Of a DNA stretch of 64,000 nucleotides, positions 40,198 through 49,427 are shown piece by piece (position 1 is the first letter of the stretch; each line of letters begins with the position of its first letter). Origin of the DNA: an uncultured Pseudomonadota bacterium (lineage in GTDB: Bacteria > Myxococcota_A > Polyangia > Fen-1088). Under the pieces are notes generated by a model. That model had not been told where the DNA came from. It made no database searches and saw only the letters and a list, made by a program, of their open reading frames with translations. The translations under genes were made by a program, and so were the position numbers. Location: positions 224,001-288,000 of the forward strand of contig CAWKBC010000017.1 of assembly GCA_963847705.1 (NCBI GenBank), read 5' to 3'.

Positions 40198-40889
40198 TGC
40201 GCGAAATCCTCCAGGCCGGCGGGGGATCCGATCTCGTAGAAGCGCTCGGCCGATTCGAAGCCGCCGAGCTGGCCGCGCAGCGACAGGGCGTGAAACAGCT
40301 CGCTCAGATCGGCCTTGGCGCCGGCGGGGACCTCCTCGGCCACCACCCGACGCTCGAGCGCGGAGAGACCGTAGTCGATGAAGGCGAAGTCCTCGGCGGG
40401 ACGCGTCCGGCGCTGCTTGTCGTAGAGGGTCACCATCCGGCCGTCAAAGATGACATTGCTGGTGTCCCAGCGGCCTTGATTTCGAAACACCGTCATGAGG
40501 GCCGGCGCGCCCGAGGCGGCGAAGGCCCGAAAGACGGCGGCGAAGTCGATGGGAAGGAACGAGTCTCCGTAGGTCAGCAGAAAGCGCTCTTCCAGGGCCC
40601 CCTCGTCGAGGGCCAGCCGGACGGCCCCGGCGGTGCCGCGCAGGTTGGCCCCCTCATCGACGGTGCGGACGCGGAGCCCGAACGCGGCGCCGTCGCCGAC
40701 GTGGTCGCGCAGCGCCTCACCGAGGTAACCGACCGACAGCACCACGTCGGTCACCCCGTGCGCCGCCAGCCAGGTGAGCTGATGGTCGATGAACGGTCGT
40801 CCGGCGACCGCAATCAACGCCTTGGGAACGCTCTCGGTGAGCGGCCGCATCCGGGTGGCCAGGCCGCCCGCCAGGATCAAGCACTGCAC
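40161..40889 (-). CDS. Sugar-1-phosphate nucleotidyltransferase (HddC-like)
   Basis: ILAGGLATRM, PKAL, GTAGA, YGDS, FYEIGS. Confidence 0.88.
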   Translation of the reverse strand: MQCLILAGGLATRMRPLTESVPKALIAVAGRPFIDHQLTWLAAHGVTDVVLSVGYLGEALRDHVGDGAAFGLRVRTVDEGANLRGTAGAVRLALDEGALEERFLLTYGDSFLPIDFAAVFRAFAASGAPALMTVFRNQGRWDTSNVIFDGRMVTLYDKQRRTRPAEDFAFIDYGLSALERRVVAEEVPAGAKADLSELFHALSLRGQLGGFESAERFYEIGSPAGLEDFAQWLAQKSTLPER

Positions 40890-40910
40890 GGGCGCGGCGT
40901 CCTCATTCGG

Positions 40911-42011
40911 CTAGAGCCGGTAGGCGACGCCGGCCAGCAGCTCCCAGCGCCCGATGTTGCCGTAGAAGTACTGCTTCTTCGCGCTGCTCGCGTAGGCCGG
41001 CCAGAAGAACAGCGAGACGTTCTTCGTCAGCTCGTACTCGGCGGCGCCGCCGATGCGGATCAGCAACAGCGCCTGCGAGCCGTTGATGGTGACCGAGGGG
41101 CTCTCCAGCAGCGTCGAGCTCGGCGTGAGGCCGCCGATCGACAGCACGCCGATCCCCAGGTCGCCCATCAACGTGAACCGCGGCGCGCCCCGCACGACGA
41201 TCGTCGGATCGATCAGGAACGAGGAGAAGCTGTCCTTCGAATCGGTCTCCTTGAGGAACGTGTAGCCGAACAGGGCGCCGAGCCGGAACCGCACCCGGGC
41301 CGCAGGGTTCCCGAAGGTGTAGCCGCCTGCCAGCGTGAAGGCGAACGACGGCTGGGCGTTCTCCTGCAGCCCCGACGACCAGGTGTCGAACCCGATGGCG
41401 GCGCGCAGATCGATCCGGCGCGGTGGCGGCGGGACGGCCCGCGGGGCGCTCGCCTCGACGACGCCGCCCGGGCTGGTTGTCCCCTGCGTCGAGGTCGGTG
41501 CAGCGGCGGCGGTCCCGCCGGTGACCACCACCTCCGGATTGGCCGCCGCAGGAGCGCTCGACGGCTCGGTCGCGGGCGGCGCGCCGCCGCTTCCGCCCGG
41601 GTTGTCCGGACCGAACGGCCCCGGTGGCGGAAGGCCCCTGGCCTGCTCCTGAACCGAGAGCTGCTTCTGCAGCGCCTCGATCTTCTGTTCCACCTCGGAG
41701 CGGTTGCGCGCCTTGGGAGAGTTGCTCAGGTAGCGCTTGTAGAAGAAGATCGCCTTCTGCGCGTCCCCCATCGTGCGGTAGGCCTGCGCGATGTTGTAGA
41801 GGAAGCCGGGATCGTTCTTGAGCTGGTACCCGTTCTGCCAGGCGTCGATCGCCTTGTCGAACTGCCCCAGGTCGAAGTAGGTGTTCCCCTGGGTGAACAG
41901 GTCGCGCGCCTTCTGGGCGTCGTCGGCGCGGGCAGCCGTCGCGCCCCACGCCATGAAGACGATCGCCACCAGCAGCGCAACCAGAGAGGCGCGGGCTCGC
42001 ACTGCCTCCAT
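40911..42011 (-). CDS. Exported TPR protein with Pro-rich linker and C-terminal beta-barrel-like domain
   Basis: Signal peptide; FLYNIAQAYR...AIFFYKRYL; ends AGVAYRL. Confidence 0.75.
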   Translation of the reverse strand: MEAVRARASLVALLVAIVFMAWGATAARADDAQKARDLFTQGNTYFDLGQFDKAIDAWQNGYQLKNDPGFLYNIAQAYRTMGDAQKAIFFYKRYLSNSPKARNRSEVEQKIEALQKQLSVQEQARGLPPPGPFGPDNPGGSGGAPPATEPSSAPAAANPEVVVTGGTAAAAPTSTQGTTSPGGVVEASAPRAVPPPPRRIDLRAAIGFDTWSSGLQENAQPSFAFTLAGGYTFGNPAARVRFRLGALFGYTFLKETDSKDSFSSFLIDPTIVVRGAPRFTLMGDLGIGVLSIGGLTPSSTLLESPSVTINGSQALLLIRIGGAAEYELTKNVSLFFWPAYASSAKKQYFYGNIGRWELLAGVAYRL

Positions 42012-42079
42012 CGTAGCTGCAAAGGCCCTGCCCCGGCAAATTCATCGGCCGGCGTGACGTTCACGATCTGCGTGACGAT

Positions 42080-42967
42080 TCACGATCTGCGTACGCGGGG
42101 CGCCAGCTCCAGGGCCGGCTTGCCTCGGCGGAACACCCGCACCGAGCCGGAGGTCTGCGAGACGACGATGGCGATGGCCTCCGTGTCGCGCGAGATCCCG
42201 GCCGCCGCCATGTGCCGCGCGCCGAGCCCGAGCGGAAGGTCGAGCTCCTTTTTGTCGTCGAGGTTGAGGTAGCGGCCGGCGGCCACCACGGTGCCGTCCT
42301 CGCGCACGATGAAGGCGCCGTCGAGCACCGAGAAGGCGTGCAGCGCGTGCCGCACGTCGGGGTTCATGATGTTCTTCTCGTCCTCGGAGTAGCCCTGAAA
42401 CGGATTCAACGTCAGCTGGCGCGACTTCTCCATCACGGTGTTGGAGTCGCCGATCACGAACAGCGCGCCCACGGGCCGCCCCTCCCACCCCTCCACGCCG
42501 ATGGAGACCGCCAGCTCGATCAGGGTGTCCATCACGCCTGCCGACACCCCCTCGGCTTGCAGGAAGCCAAACGAGCCCTCCCCGTCCTCGGGACCGACGG
42601 TGACCACCAGGATGGAGTCCGGATAGGCGGCCGGCTTGCGCGCCAGGAGCCCGACCACGACGTCACCCTCTTTGTAGATTCCGCGCGCGATCCCGCTCAC
42701 CAGGGCAATCTTTAATTTTTCGGGGCGGCCGAGGTCGTAGTCGGGGAGCGGCAGCACCGGAACGCCCGAGGCCTCGATCACGTCGCGCTGGTTTTCGCTG
42801 ACCACCGCCTGCACGAGCCGCTTGCGGGCCCGTGGTTTGCCGCGAAAAAGCTCCTCGGGGAGCGCCAGGTCGCCGACGTACAACAAGTGATCGACGCTGG
42901 GGCGCGCGGCGAGCGCCACCGCCGCGCGGATCACGTCGGCCTGGGTGGCCGTGGGGGCTTTGGCCAT
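42080..42967 (-). CDS. Diadenylate cyclase (DAC/DisA_N domain), DacZ-like architecture
   Basis: EGWEGRPVGALFVIGD, LNPF, DGA, GLGARHMAAAGIS, VVSQT; soluble N-terminal domain. Confidence 0.85.
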   Translation of the reverse strand: MAKAPTATQADVIRAAVALAARPSVDHLLYVGDLALPEELFRGKPRARKRLVQAVVSENQRDVIEASGVPVLPLPDYDLGRPEKLKIALVSGIARGIYKEGDVVVGLLARKPAAYPDSILVVTVGPEDGEGSFGFLQAEGVSAGVMDTLIELAVSIGVEGWEGRPVGALFVIGDSNTVMEKSRQLTLNPFQGYSEDEKNIMNPDVRHALHAFSVLDGAFIVREDGTVVAAGRYLNLDDKKELDLPLGLGARHMAAAGISRDTEAIAIVVSQTSGSVRVFRRGKPALELAPRVRRS

Positions 42968-43017
42968 TTTCGGCGGTCCTCGGGGGCACATGCTACGCTG
43001 AAATTGGAAGGCTCGGA

Positions 43018-44583
43018 ATGAAGTTACCGCTCAAGGGCCTCGTGCCGCGCTTGGTTCCGCGCTGGATGCCGCTCCTGCTGGGCGCGCTCATCGTCATCGG
43101 CATCGCCTTCGACATGGTGACCCGCTCCCAGCTGTCGGCGACCACGGCCCTCATGTGTGAGGGCGAGTACGCCGACACGCTGCAGGTCCAGTCGGCGCGC
43201 ACCCGCGACACCGAGCAGGGACCGAAGAGCCAGTTCAGCTACCTGGTTCGCAGCTCCGCGAAGTACGAATGCCCCTTCTTCGGCCCCGACGGCAAGCTGC
43301 GCCGCCGGCGCGTCCAGGCCAGCGAGCTCGGCACCGCGTTCGCGTACGAGGCGTCCGGCAACGACACCTACCTGCTCACCAACGAGCACGTCGCCGCCTG
43401 GCCCGATGTGACCGACACCTTCCACCGCATCGACGGCGTGCCCGAGGGGTGCAAGCGCGTCGAGGACAAGCTGCGCATCGTGCGCGACGAGCGCGACGAC
43501 TTCGAGCCCGGGCAGATCGCCCTCACCCGCGTGGCGGTCGATCCGCTGCTCGACGCCGCCATCCTCAAGGCGAGCCAGAAGCTGACCGTGCTCCCCTACC
43601 AGATCGGCAAGAGCGCGGCGCTGCGCCAGGGGAACGCCGTCGAGGTGCGCGGCTTTCCGCTCGGCGTGATGCAGGCGGTTTCGGGCGGCAAGGTGGTGAA
43701 CCCCTACGATCGCGACCAGGAACAGGGATGGGACCACGTCGACTTCGTCATCGACGCGCTCCTCGCCGAGGGGAACTCGGGCAGCCCGGTGCTGGCGGCC
43801 TCGTGCAAGTCGCACGATCTCGAGCTGGTCGGCGTCTACCACGCCGGCTACAAGGGGCACGGCGCGCTGAACGTGGTGGTCGGCATCGACCAGCTCACCG
43901 AGTTCATGCACAAGAAGCGCCGCATTGCGCGGGCCGTCAGCGAGGGGGGGCCGGGCGCGCCCTCGGCCGCGGACCGCGCGCGGGTCAAGCAGGCCCTGGG
44001 GGCCGGGACCTTGCCCCTGTTCGACTTCGGCGGGTTGTTCGTGCGGGCCGAGGAGGCGGACGGCGTCCTCCTCTATCACTTCTACGGCCGGCAGTTCCCG
44101 CTCGACGATCGGCGGGTCGCGGTCCTCGAAGATCGCCCCAAGGAGGGCGCCTTCGGCGAGCTGGCGCGCTTCTGGGTGCTCGGCCAGACGGGATGGCGCG
44201 AGTGGCCGCCCGCCGCGCTGGGAACCGAGGAGCACGATCTGCTGACGCGCGTGGGCGATTCGATCCGGCTGCAGATCCTGCACACCGTCGACTACCGGAC
44301 GGCGCTGGCCAACCCCGGGTCGGCCGACGAGAGACGGCACGGCCGCGATCTGTCGCGCGCGATCTCCCGCGACGTTCCGGTCGCGCGCGATCTGGCTTCC
44401 AATCTGCTCGACACCGTCGACCGGCTTTCTTCGGCGCGAGATCCGGCCGCCCCGGGGCCGGCCGTCGCCGGCTCGGAGACGCCTCCGGGGACTCCGCCGC
44501 TGCCGGCCTCCCCGCCGCCCGCGCCGCTTGGTTCGCCGCTCAGCGCGCCGCCGCACGCGGCCGGTCGCGCCGGTCAGCTGTAG
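43018..44583 (+). CDS. Trypsin-like (S1) serine protease, membrane-anchored
   Basis: LTNEHV (His), DAAIL (Asp), GNSGSP (Ser); N-terminal TM segment. Confidence 0.85.
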   Translation: MKLPLKGLVPRLVPRWMPLLLGALIVIGIAFDMVTRSQLSATTALMCEGEYADTLQVQSARTRDTEQGPKSQFSYLVRSSAKYECPFFGPDGKLRRRRVQASELGTAFAYEASGNDTYLLTNEHVAAWPDVTDTFHRIDGVPEGCKRVEDKLRIVRDERDDFEPGQIALTRVAVDPLLDAAILKASQKLTVLPYQIGKSAALRQGNAVEVRGFPLGVMQAVSGGKVVNPYDRDQEQGWDHVDFVIDALLAEGNSGSPVLAASCKSHDLELVGVYHAGYKGHGALNVVVGIDQLTEFMHKKRRIARAVSEGGPGAPSAADRARVKQALGAGTLPLFDFGGLFVRAEEADGVLLYHFYGRQFPLDDRRVAVLEDRPKEGAFGELARFWVLGQTGWREWPPAALGTEEHDLLTRVGDSIRLQILHTVDYRTALANPGSADERRHGRDLSRAISRDVPVARDLASNLLDTVDRLSSARDPAAPGPAVAGSETPPGTPPLPASPPPAPLGSPLSAPPHAAGRAGQL

Positions 44584-46931
44584 CGCTTGCGCACGAGCGC
44601 CAGGATGGCGTCCTTGGCGCAGTCGTCGCAGTAACCGAAGCGCGACTTCATCGTCGCCAGCGTGTTGCCCGAGGCGGTGGCGGCGTCGGGCTGCATCCGC
44701 GAGGGGCCGTCGGTCAGCAGGACCAGCAGATCCTCGTTGATCTTGCGGACCTGCTTCTTGCGCTCCTCGAAGAACGAGGTGCGCAGCTCCGCGATGGGGC
44801 GCGGGAAGATCTGCTCGTAGTCCGGCCGCTGCTTGGGGTGATCGATCGACCAGGCTCCGATCCGGCTGATGACCTCACGGCGGAACTCGTCGCGGCGGCC
44901 CGCCATCTGCAGGATCCGTTCGATCTCCGCCATCATCTCCTCGTCAGGCTCCTCATCCTTGCCGGTGATCGGGTTGGGGACCTTCTCCTTCTTGACCCAG
45001 TAGGAGACGTGCGCCACGTAGCGCTCGAAGCGGTCGATGTAGCGGCGCTCCTCGACCAGCCCCATCGAGGTGCGCACCTCGTCGTCGATCTGATCGATCA
45101 ACTTGTCGCGCACCTGGAAGATGAACTTGCGGTTCTCGTGGAAACCGCCCGGCAGCGGCTCCTGCTTGAGGAACTCGTAGACCGTCACGCCGCGGACCAG
45201 CTCCTCCAGCTCATCCAACACCGCGAAGGGCGACAGGCACTTGTACCGCGTGCTCTGCGCGGCGTTCATGATCACCAGCTTCATCTCGCGCGGCGAGGCG
45301 CCGGTGCGCCCCTCGTAGTTGGGATAGTTGTCCGACTCGCGGGCGATCTTCTCGACCCCGGCCACGAGATCGCGCTGCTGCTCGGTGCTGAGCCCCTCCG
45401 GCGTGGCGCCGTCGGCGTAGAGCTGCGCCTTTTCCATCGGCCCCAGCTTGGAGACGATGTCCGACAGGGTCTTGCTGTACTTCTCGGCCAGCGGCTTCTT
45501 CATTCGCGTCAGCGCCGCCCAGAGCGCGGTCACCCAGGCGACGTGCGGCGCCACGTGCCTTGCCGACTCGGTGTGCGCGGCCTGGATCTGCGCCTCGTAG
45601 ATCCGCTGCTCCACGCGGTGGTCCAGCAGGTAGGGCACGCGCACCAGCTCCATTCGACCCTTGAACGACTGGAACTCGGGGATCTCCTTGAACGCCGCCA
45701 GGTACCCCTCGTTCGACGAGCCGATGAAGACCGTGTCGAGCTCCAGGCTGGCGACGTCGAGCGAGACCCGCCCCTGCTCCACCGTGCCGAGCAGGTACTT
45801 GTACGACTCGAGCGGCCGCTTGAGCAGATCGGCAAAGTCGATCACGCCCCGGTTCCCGTCGACCAGCTCCCCCTGGTATTCGTAGAGCGTCAGCGACTGC
45901 AGCGCCGGCGGCAGCGAGGCGAGCGAGCGGTCCATCGTCAGCTGCCGCGAGTGGGCGTCGACCGCCAGCTGCGGCTCGACGGTGGCGGCCGCCTGCCGGT
46001 AGCGCCGGGAGACGAAGAAGCGCTCGACCTGCACGTGGCGCAGGACCTTGCTGAGATCGCCGTGGTACGAGGACAGCAGCGCCTCGAAGATCTGACGGTT
46101 GCGGTGCGACAGATCGCCGCGCACCAGGTAGTCGGCGGGCCGCAGCTCCGGTCGGTTGACGGAGGCGAGCCGCTCGGTGACCAGCTCCCGCCGCTTGCCT
46201 CGTGGGAGCAGCAAGAGCGGGTGATCGCGCATCTCGTCGGCGATCTTCGATTCGATCAGCTCGTCCTCGAGATAGGCGAAGGTCTCCTGCCCACCGCCCG
46301 ACTCGATGCCGCCGCCGAAGCCAATGCCCCCCTTGGTCAGCTTTTGCGAGGGGAAGATCCAGTTGAACTTGTAGAGCGCGCCGTCTTCCAGCGTCGAGTA
46401 ATGCTCCATCGCCCGCTGCAGGCAGGCGACGAAGGTCGACTTGGCGCTGCCGTTCGGGCCGTGCAGCAGGATGAGGCGGTTGGTCCGCCCTTCGCGCGCG
46501 AAGTTCGCCACCAACCGATAGACCGCGGCCTGAACCTCTTCCTGCCCGACCAGCGCGTCCTTGCCGTTGTCCCAGGCGCAGTCGAACAGCTTCCAGCGGG
46601 TCATCGGCCCCCGCGGCGTGCGCACCGGCTCGGTGCCGAAGTGGTCGAAGACGTCACGCACGTACTGGGCGGCCGAGCGGAGCTGGCGGGCCGGCTCGGC
46701 GCTGAACAGCGTCACGTACTCGGCGAAGGAGATCACGCGCCGGTTGCGGGCGAAGCTCTCCCGCATCTCGCCGGTCGCCTGCGTCAACCAGTCGCGCGAG
46801 TCGAAGGCCGGCGACCCGTTTGCCGCGGCGCCGTTCGGCGCGCCGGCGCTGTTCGCTCGCTGGTGGTCGTCCGCCTGCCGCGCCTCGGCAGACTCGCGGT
46901 GATCCGTCGGGGATGCTTCGCGGATCGGCAT
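44574..46931 (-). CDS. prkA: PrkA family serine kinase / AAA+ ATPase
   Basis: LLHGPNGSAKST, HPLLLLP, GNRG...DLLKRP, YLL, GASPRE. Confidence 0.85.
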   Translation of the reverse strand: MPIREASPTDHRESAEARQADDHQRANSAGAPNGAAANGSPAFDSRDWLTQATGEMRESFARNRRVISFAEYVTLFSAEPARQLRSAAQYVRDVFDHFGTEPVRTPRGPMTRWKLFDCAWDNGKDALVGQEEVQAAVYRLVANFAREGRTNRLILLHGPNGSAKSTFVACLQRAMEHYSTLEDGALYKFNWIFPSQKLTKGGIGFGGGIESGGGQETFAYLEDELIESKIADEMRDHPLLLLPRGKRRELVTERLASVNRPELRPADYLVRGDLSHRNRQIFEALLSSYHGDLSKVLRHVQVERFFVSRRYRQAAATVEPQLAVDAHSRQLTMDRSLASLPPALQSLTLYEYQGELVDGNRGVIDFADLLKRPLESYKYLLGTVEQGRVSLDVASLELDTVFIGSSNEGYLAAFKEIPEFQSFKGRMELVRVPYLLDHRVEQRIYEAQIQAAHTESARHVAPHVAWVTALWAALTRMKKPLAEKYSKTLSDIVSKLGPMEKAQLYADGATPEGLSTEQQRDLVAGVEKIARESDNYPNYEGRTGASPREMKLVIMNAAQSTRYKCLSPFAVLDELEELVRGVTVYEFLKQEPLPGGFHENRKFIFQVRDKLIDQIDDEVRTSMGLVEERRYIDRFERYVAHVSYWVKKEKVPNPITGKDEEPDEEMMAEIERILQMAGRRDEFRREVISRIGAWSIDHPKQRPDYEQIFPRPIAELRTSFFEERKKQVRKINEDLLVLLTDGPSRMQPDAATASGNTLATMKSRFGYCDDCAKDAILALVRKRYS

Positions 46932-47045
46932 CGTCCTTCACGGTAGCACGCGCCCGCGACAGCTGCATACTGCGACGGCTGCATAACTTCGCCGTTCTCG
47001 CCGCGTCTTCCTTTGGGATAGATGGACTGGTATGTAAAGGCCACG

Positions 47046-47705
47046 ATGTCGAGCTTGTGTCGCCGCCTGTCCGCTCTGCTGTTGCCGGTCCTCGTCGTTG
47101 GGTCCCTGGTCGCCTCGCCGGCCCGCGCCGCGGAGACCCCGCCCCCCGCCAACTCCAGCCCGATGGCGGATTTGAAAAAATCGAACGCTCAGCTGGACAA
47201 GGTGCTGCAGAAGAACAAGCCCAACTGGTCCCCCGAGGCGGAGCTCGAGCGCACCGAGGTCAAGAAGCTGGTCGGCTCATTCCTCGACTACGGCGAGCTG
47301 GCCAAGCAATCCCTCAGCAAGAACTGGGACAAGATCACGCCCAAGCAGCGGGAAGAGTTCGTGGAGACGCTGCGCCAGCTGGTGGAGCGCAGCTACCTGC
47401 GCCAGATGCACGGCAGCCCGAACTACAACATCAAGTACGAGAAGGAAGAGAAGACCGGCTCCGAGGCTGATGTGACCGCGACGCTCAACACCGTCTCGCG
47501 CGGCAAGAAGACCAAGGTCGCGCTCGAGTACAAGATGCTCTGGCGGGACGGGCACTGGGTCGTCTACGACGTGGTGACCGACGAGCAGAGCATGCTCGAG
47601 AACTACCGCGCGGAGTTCAGCAAGATCATCAACCGGGACGGCTTCGACGCGCTCCTCAAGAAGATGCGCAAGAAGCTCGAAGAGAAAGACGACGACAGCG
47701 AGTAA
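47046..47705 (+). CDS. MlaC/Ttg2D-like ABC transporter substrate-binding protein
   Basis: Signal peptide; DYGELAKQSL..NW, WVVYDV...SMLENYRAEF. Confidence 0.85.
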   Translation: MSSLCRRLSALLLPVLVVGSLVASPARAAETPPPANSSPMADLKKSNAQLDKVLQKNKPNWSPEAELERTEVKKLVGSFLDYGELAKQSLSKNWDKITPKQREEFVETLRQLVERSYLRQMHGSPNYNIKYEKEEKTGSEADVTATLNTVSRGKKTKVALEYKMLWRDGHWVVYDVVTDEQSMLENYRAEFSKIINRDGFDALLKKMRKKLEEKDDDSE

Positions 47706-49360
47706 TGCGCGCCGCTCGCCGCGCGCGTGACCTGGTGTTGCTCGCCGGTGTCGGCCTGGCGGTGGCCAGCGGAGCGGGCGGCTGTACCGAGGACTGCTGC
47801 ACGGTCGATTCGTTTCCCATCGCGCTGACCCGCGCGCCGCTCGGCGCGCCGCCCTTGCCGACCGCCAGCCTGGGCGACGGCGGGGCGCCCCCCGGTGGCG
47901 GCGCGCTGGTGGCGCTCGCCGGTCTGCCCGGTGCGCCCGCCAACCAGCTCTTCTCGATGGTGATCGACACCGGCAGCCCGTTCACCATCCTGGCCGGCCC
48001 CACGGCCGCGAACCCCCAGACGAACGCGGCGGGCTGGAACCTCTACCAGGCTGGCGCCCCGCTGTCCCCCATGACCATGCTCCCCCCCCTGCGGGCGACC
48101 TTCCGCGGCTGGGACGTCATCGGAGTGCCGCTCTACCCGGCCGGGGACCCGACCTCGTTACCGCTCGGCGTGCTCGGCGCCGATCTCTTGCGGGGCTACT
48201 CGGTCGAGCTTCGTTTCGGGGCGCCCTGCTCCGGCGGGCCGGGGCTCTGCTCGTCCATGACCTTCTGGGGCCACCTCGACGAGGACGCGTCTTTGCTCGA
48301 GGACGCCGGTTACGCGGTCGTCAGCTTCACGCCGTTCGGCGGCGGCGAGATCACCGCCGACGGCGATCCCGACTTCCTGGGCCTGCGCGGCCCGCTCGAC
48401 GTCCCCGCCACGCGGGTGGTGCTGCGGGCCTGCGCGCTGCCGAACGCGTTCGCTCCAGACACCGGCTCACCCGGGCTGTCGGTGGCGGGCTGCACCGACG
48501 GCCAGCAGGCGCTCATTCAAGCGAGCGGCATCGACCTGTCGCTGATGATCGATACCGGCGTCGGCCCGCTGGTCCTGAGCGCGTCGGCCTGGGCGCGTGT
48601 CGTCGCGGCCGCCGGCCAGGCTCAGCCCACGCCGATCACGCTGCCGTTGCCACCCCCGGCTCCGGCAACACCGGCGCCGTCGCAGCTCCCACCTCTTTAT
48701 GTCGCGACCTGGCCGACGCCGATCGACGTTCTGCTCTGGGCGACCATCCCCCGCTTCGTTCTCATCAACCTCGAGGCGGGGCCCGACGATGATCCCGGAC
48801 CCTGCGTCGAGCTCGGACGGTCGCGGCGCACGGAGATCGTCTCGTACCAGAACGCGATGGCCACCAACGGCGCCCCGGCGCTCTGCGGCGCTCGGTGTGA
48901 CATCGATCCCAACAACACGGGCGAGGCGGCCAACAGTGCGGCCTATCTGGAGATCGGCGGCCAGATCCCGGTCGCGGTGATCTCCGACGACGACCCGTTC
49001 CTGCAGGGGCTGCGCTTCGACGTCCTGCCGGAGGGGCCCGAGCTCGACGGTCTGGTCGGCGCCAACGCGCTCGGCCGCGCGCGGCTGGAGCTCGACTACC
49101 TCTCGTCGCCGGCGCGCGCCGTCTTCTCCTGCGAGACAGACGCCCCGCGCGAGGCCTGCTGGGCCGCGGCCCGCTGCCCCCAGCTGCCGGACCACTCGTC
49201 GGTCCACTACTGCTTCGGCCTGGGGCCGCACGGGCTGCCGGCCAGCTGTGACCCCGACGCCGGCATTCCGCCGGCCGACGGAGCGGCGGCCGGCTCCGCC
49301 GACGCTGGGGCCACGACCGACGCCGCGGCGACGGCCGACGCCGGGACGCCCATCCCATGA
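47705..49360 (+). CDS. Lipoprotein with two aspartic-protease-like lobes
   Basis: Lipobox AGGC; VIDTGS...GVLGADLL and MIDTGVG...GLVGANAL. Confidence 0.65.
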   Translation: MRAARRARDLVLLAGVGLAVASGAGGCTEDCCTVDSFPIALTRAPLGAPPLPTASLGDGGAPPGGGALVALAGLPGAPANQLFSMVIDTGSPFTILAGPTAANPQTNAAGWNLYQAGAPLSPMTMLPPLRATFRGWDVIGVPLYPAGDPTSLPLGVLGADLLRGYSVELRFGAPCSGGPGLCSSMTFWGHLDEDASLLEDAGYAVVSFTPFGGGEITADGDPDFLGLRGPLDVPATRVVLRACALPNAFAPDTGSPGLSVAGCTDGQQALIQASGIDLSLMIDTGVGPLVLSASAWARVVAAAGQAQPTPITLPLPPPAPATPAPSQLPPLYVATWPTPIDVLLWATIPRFVLINLEAGPDDDPGPCVELGRSRRTEIVSYQNAMATNGAPALCGARCDIDPNNTGEAANSAAYLEIGGQIPVAVISDDDPFLQGLRFDVLPEGPELDGLVGANALGRARLELDYLSSPARAVFSCETDAPREACWAAARCPQLPDHSSVHYCFGLGPHGLPASCDPDAGIPPADGAAAGSADAGATTDAAATADAGTPIP

Positions 49361-49427
49361 TGTACGAGCGGCTGCAGTGATGTGTGAGCGGCTCCAGCCG
49401 ATCCGTTGGCCTGCCGACTGAGGTAAG

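Noticed and set aside
43269-46946. 1225-aa plus-strand ORF, and similar long ORFs at 14146-16962, 34142-36226 and 40197-42272
   Set aside because: Shadow ORFs antisense or off-frame to well-supported genes; expected at this GC content and lacking recognisable motifs
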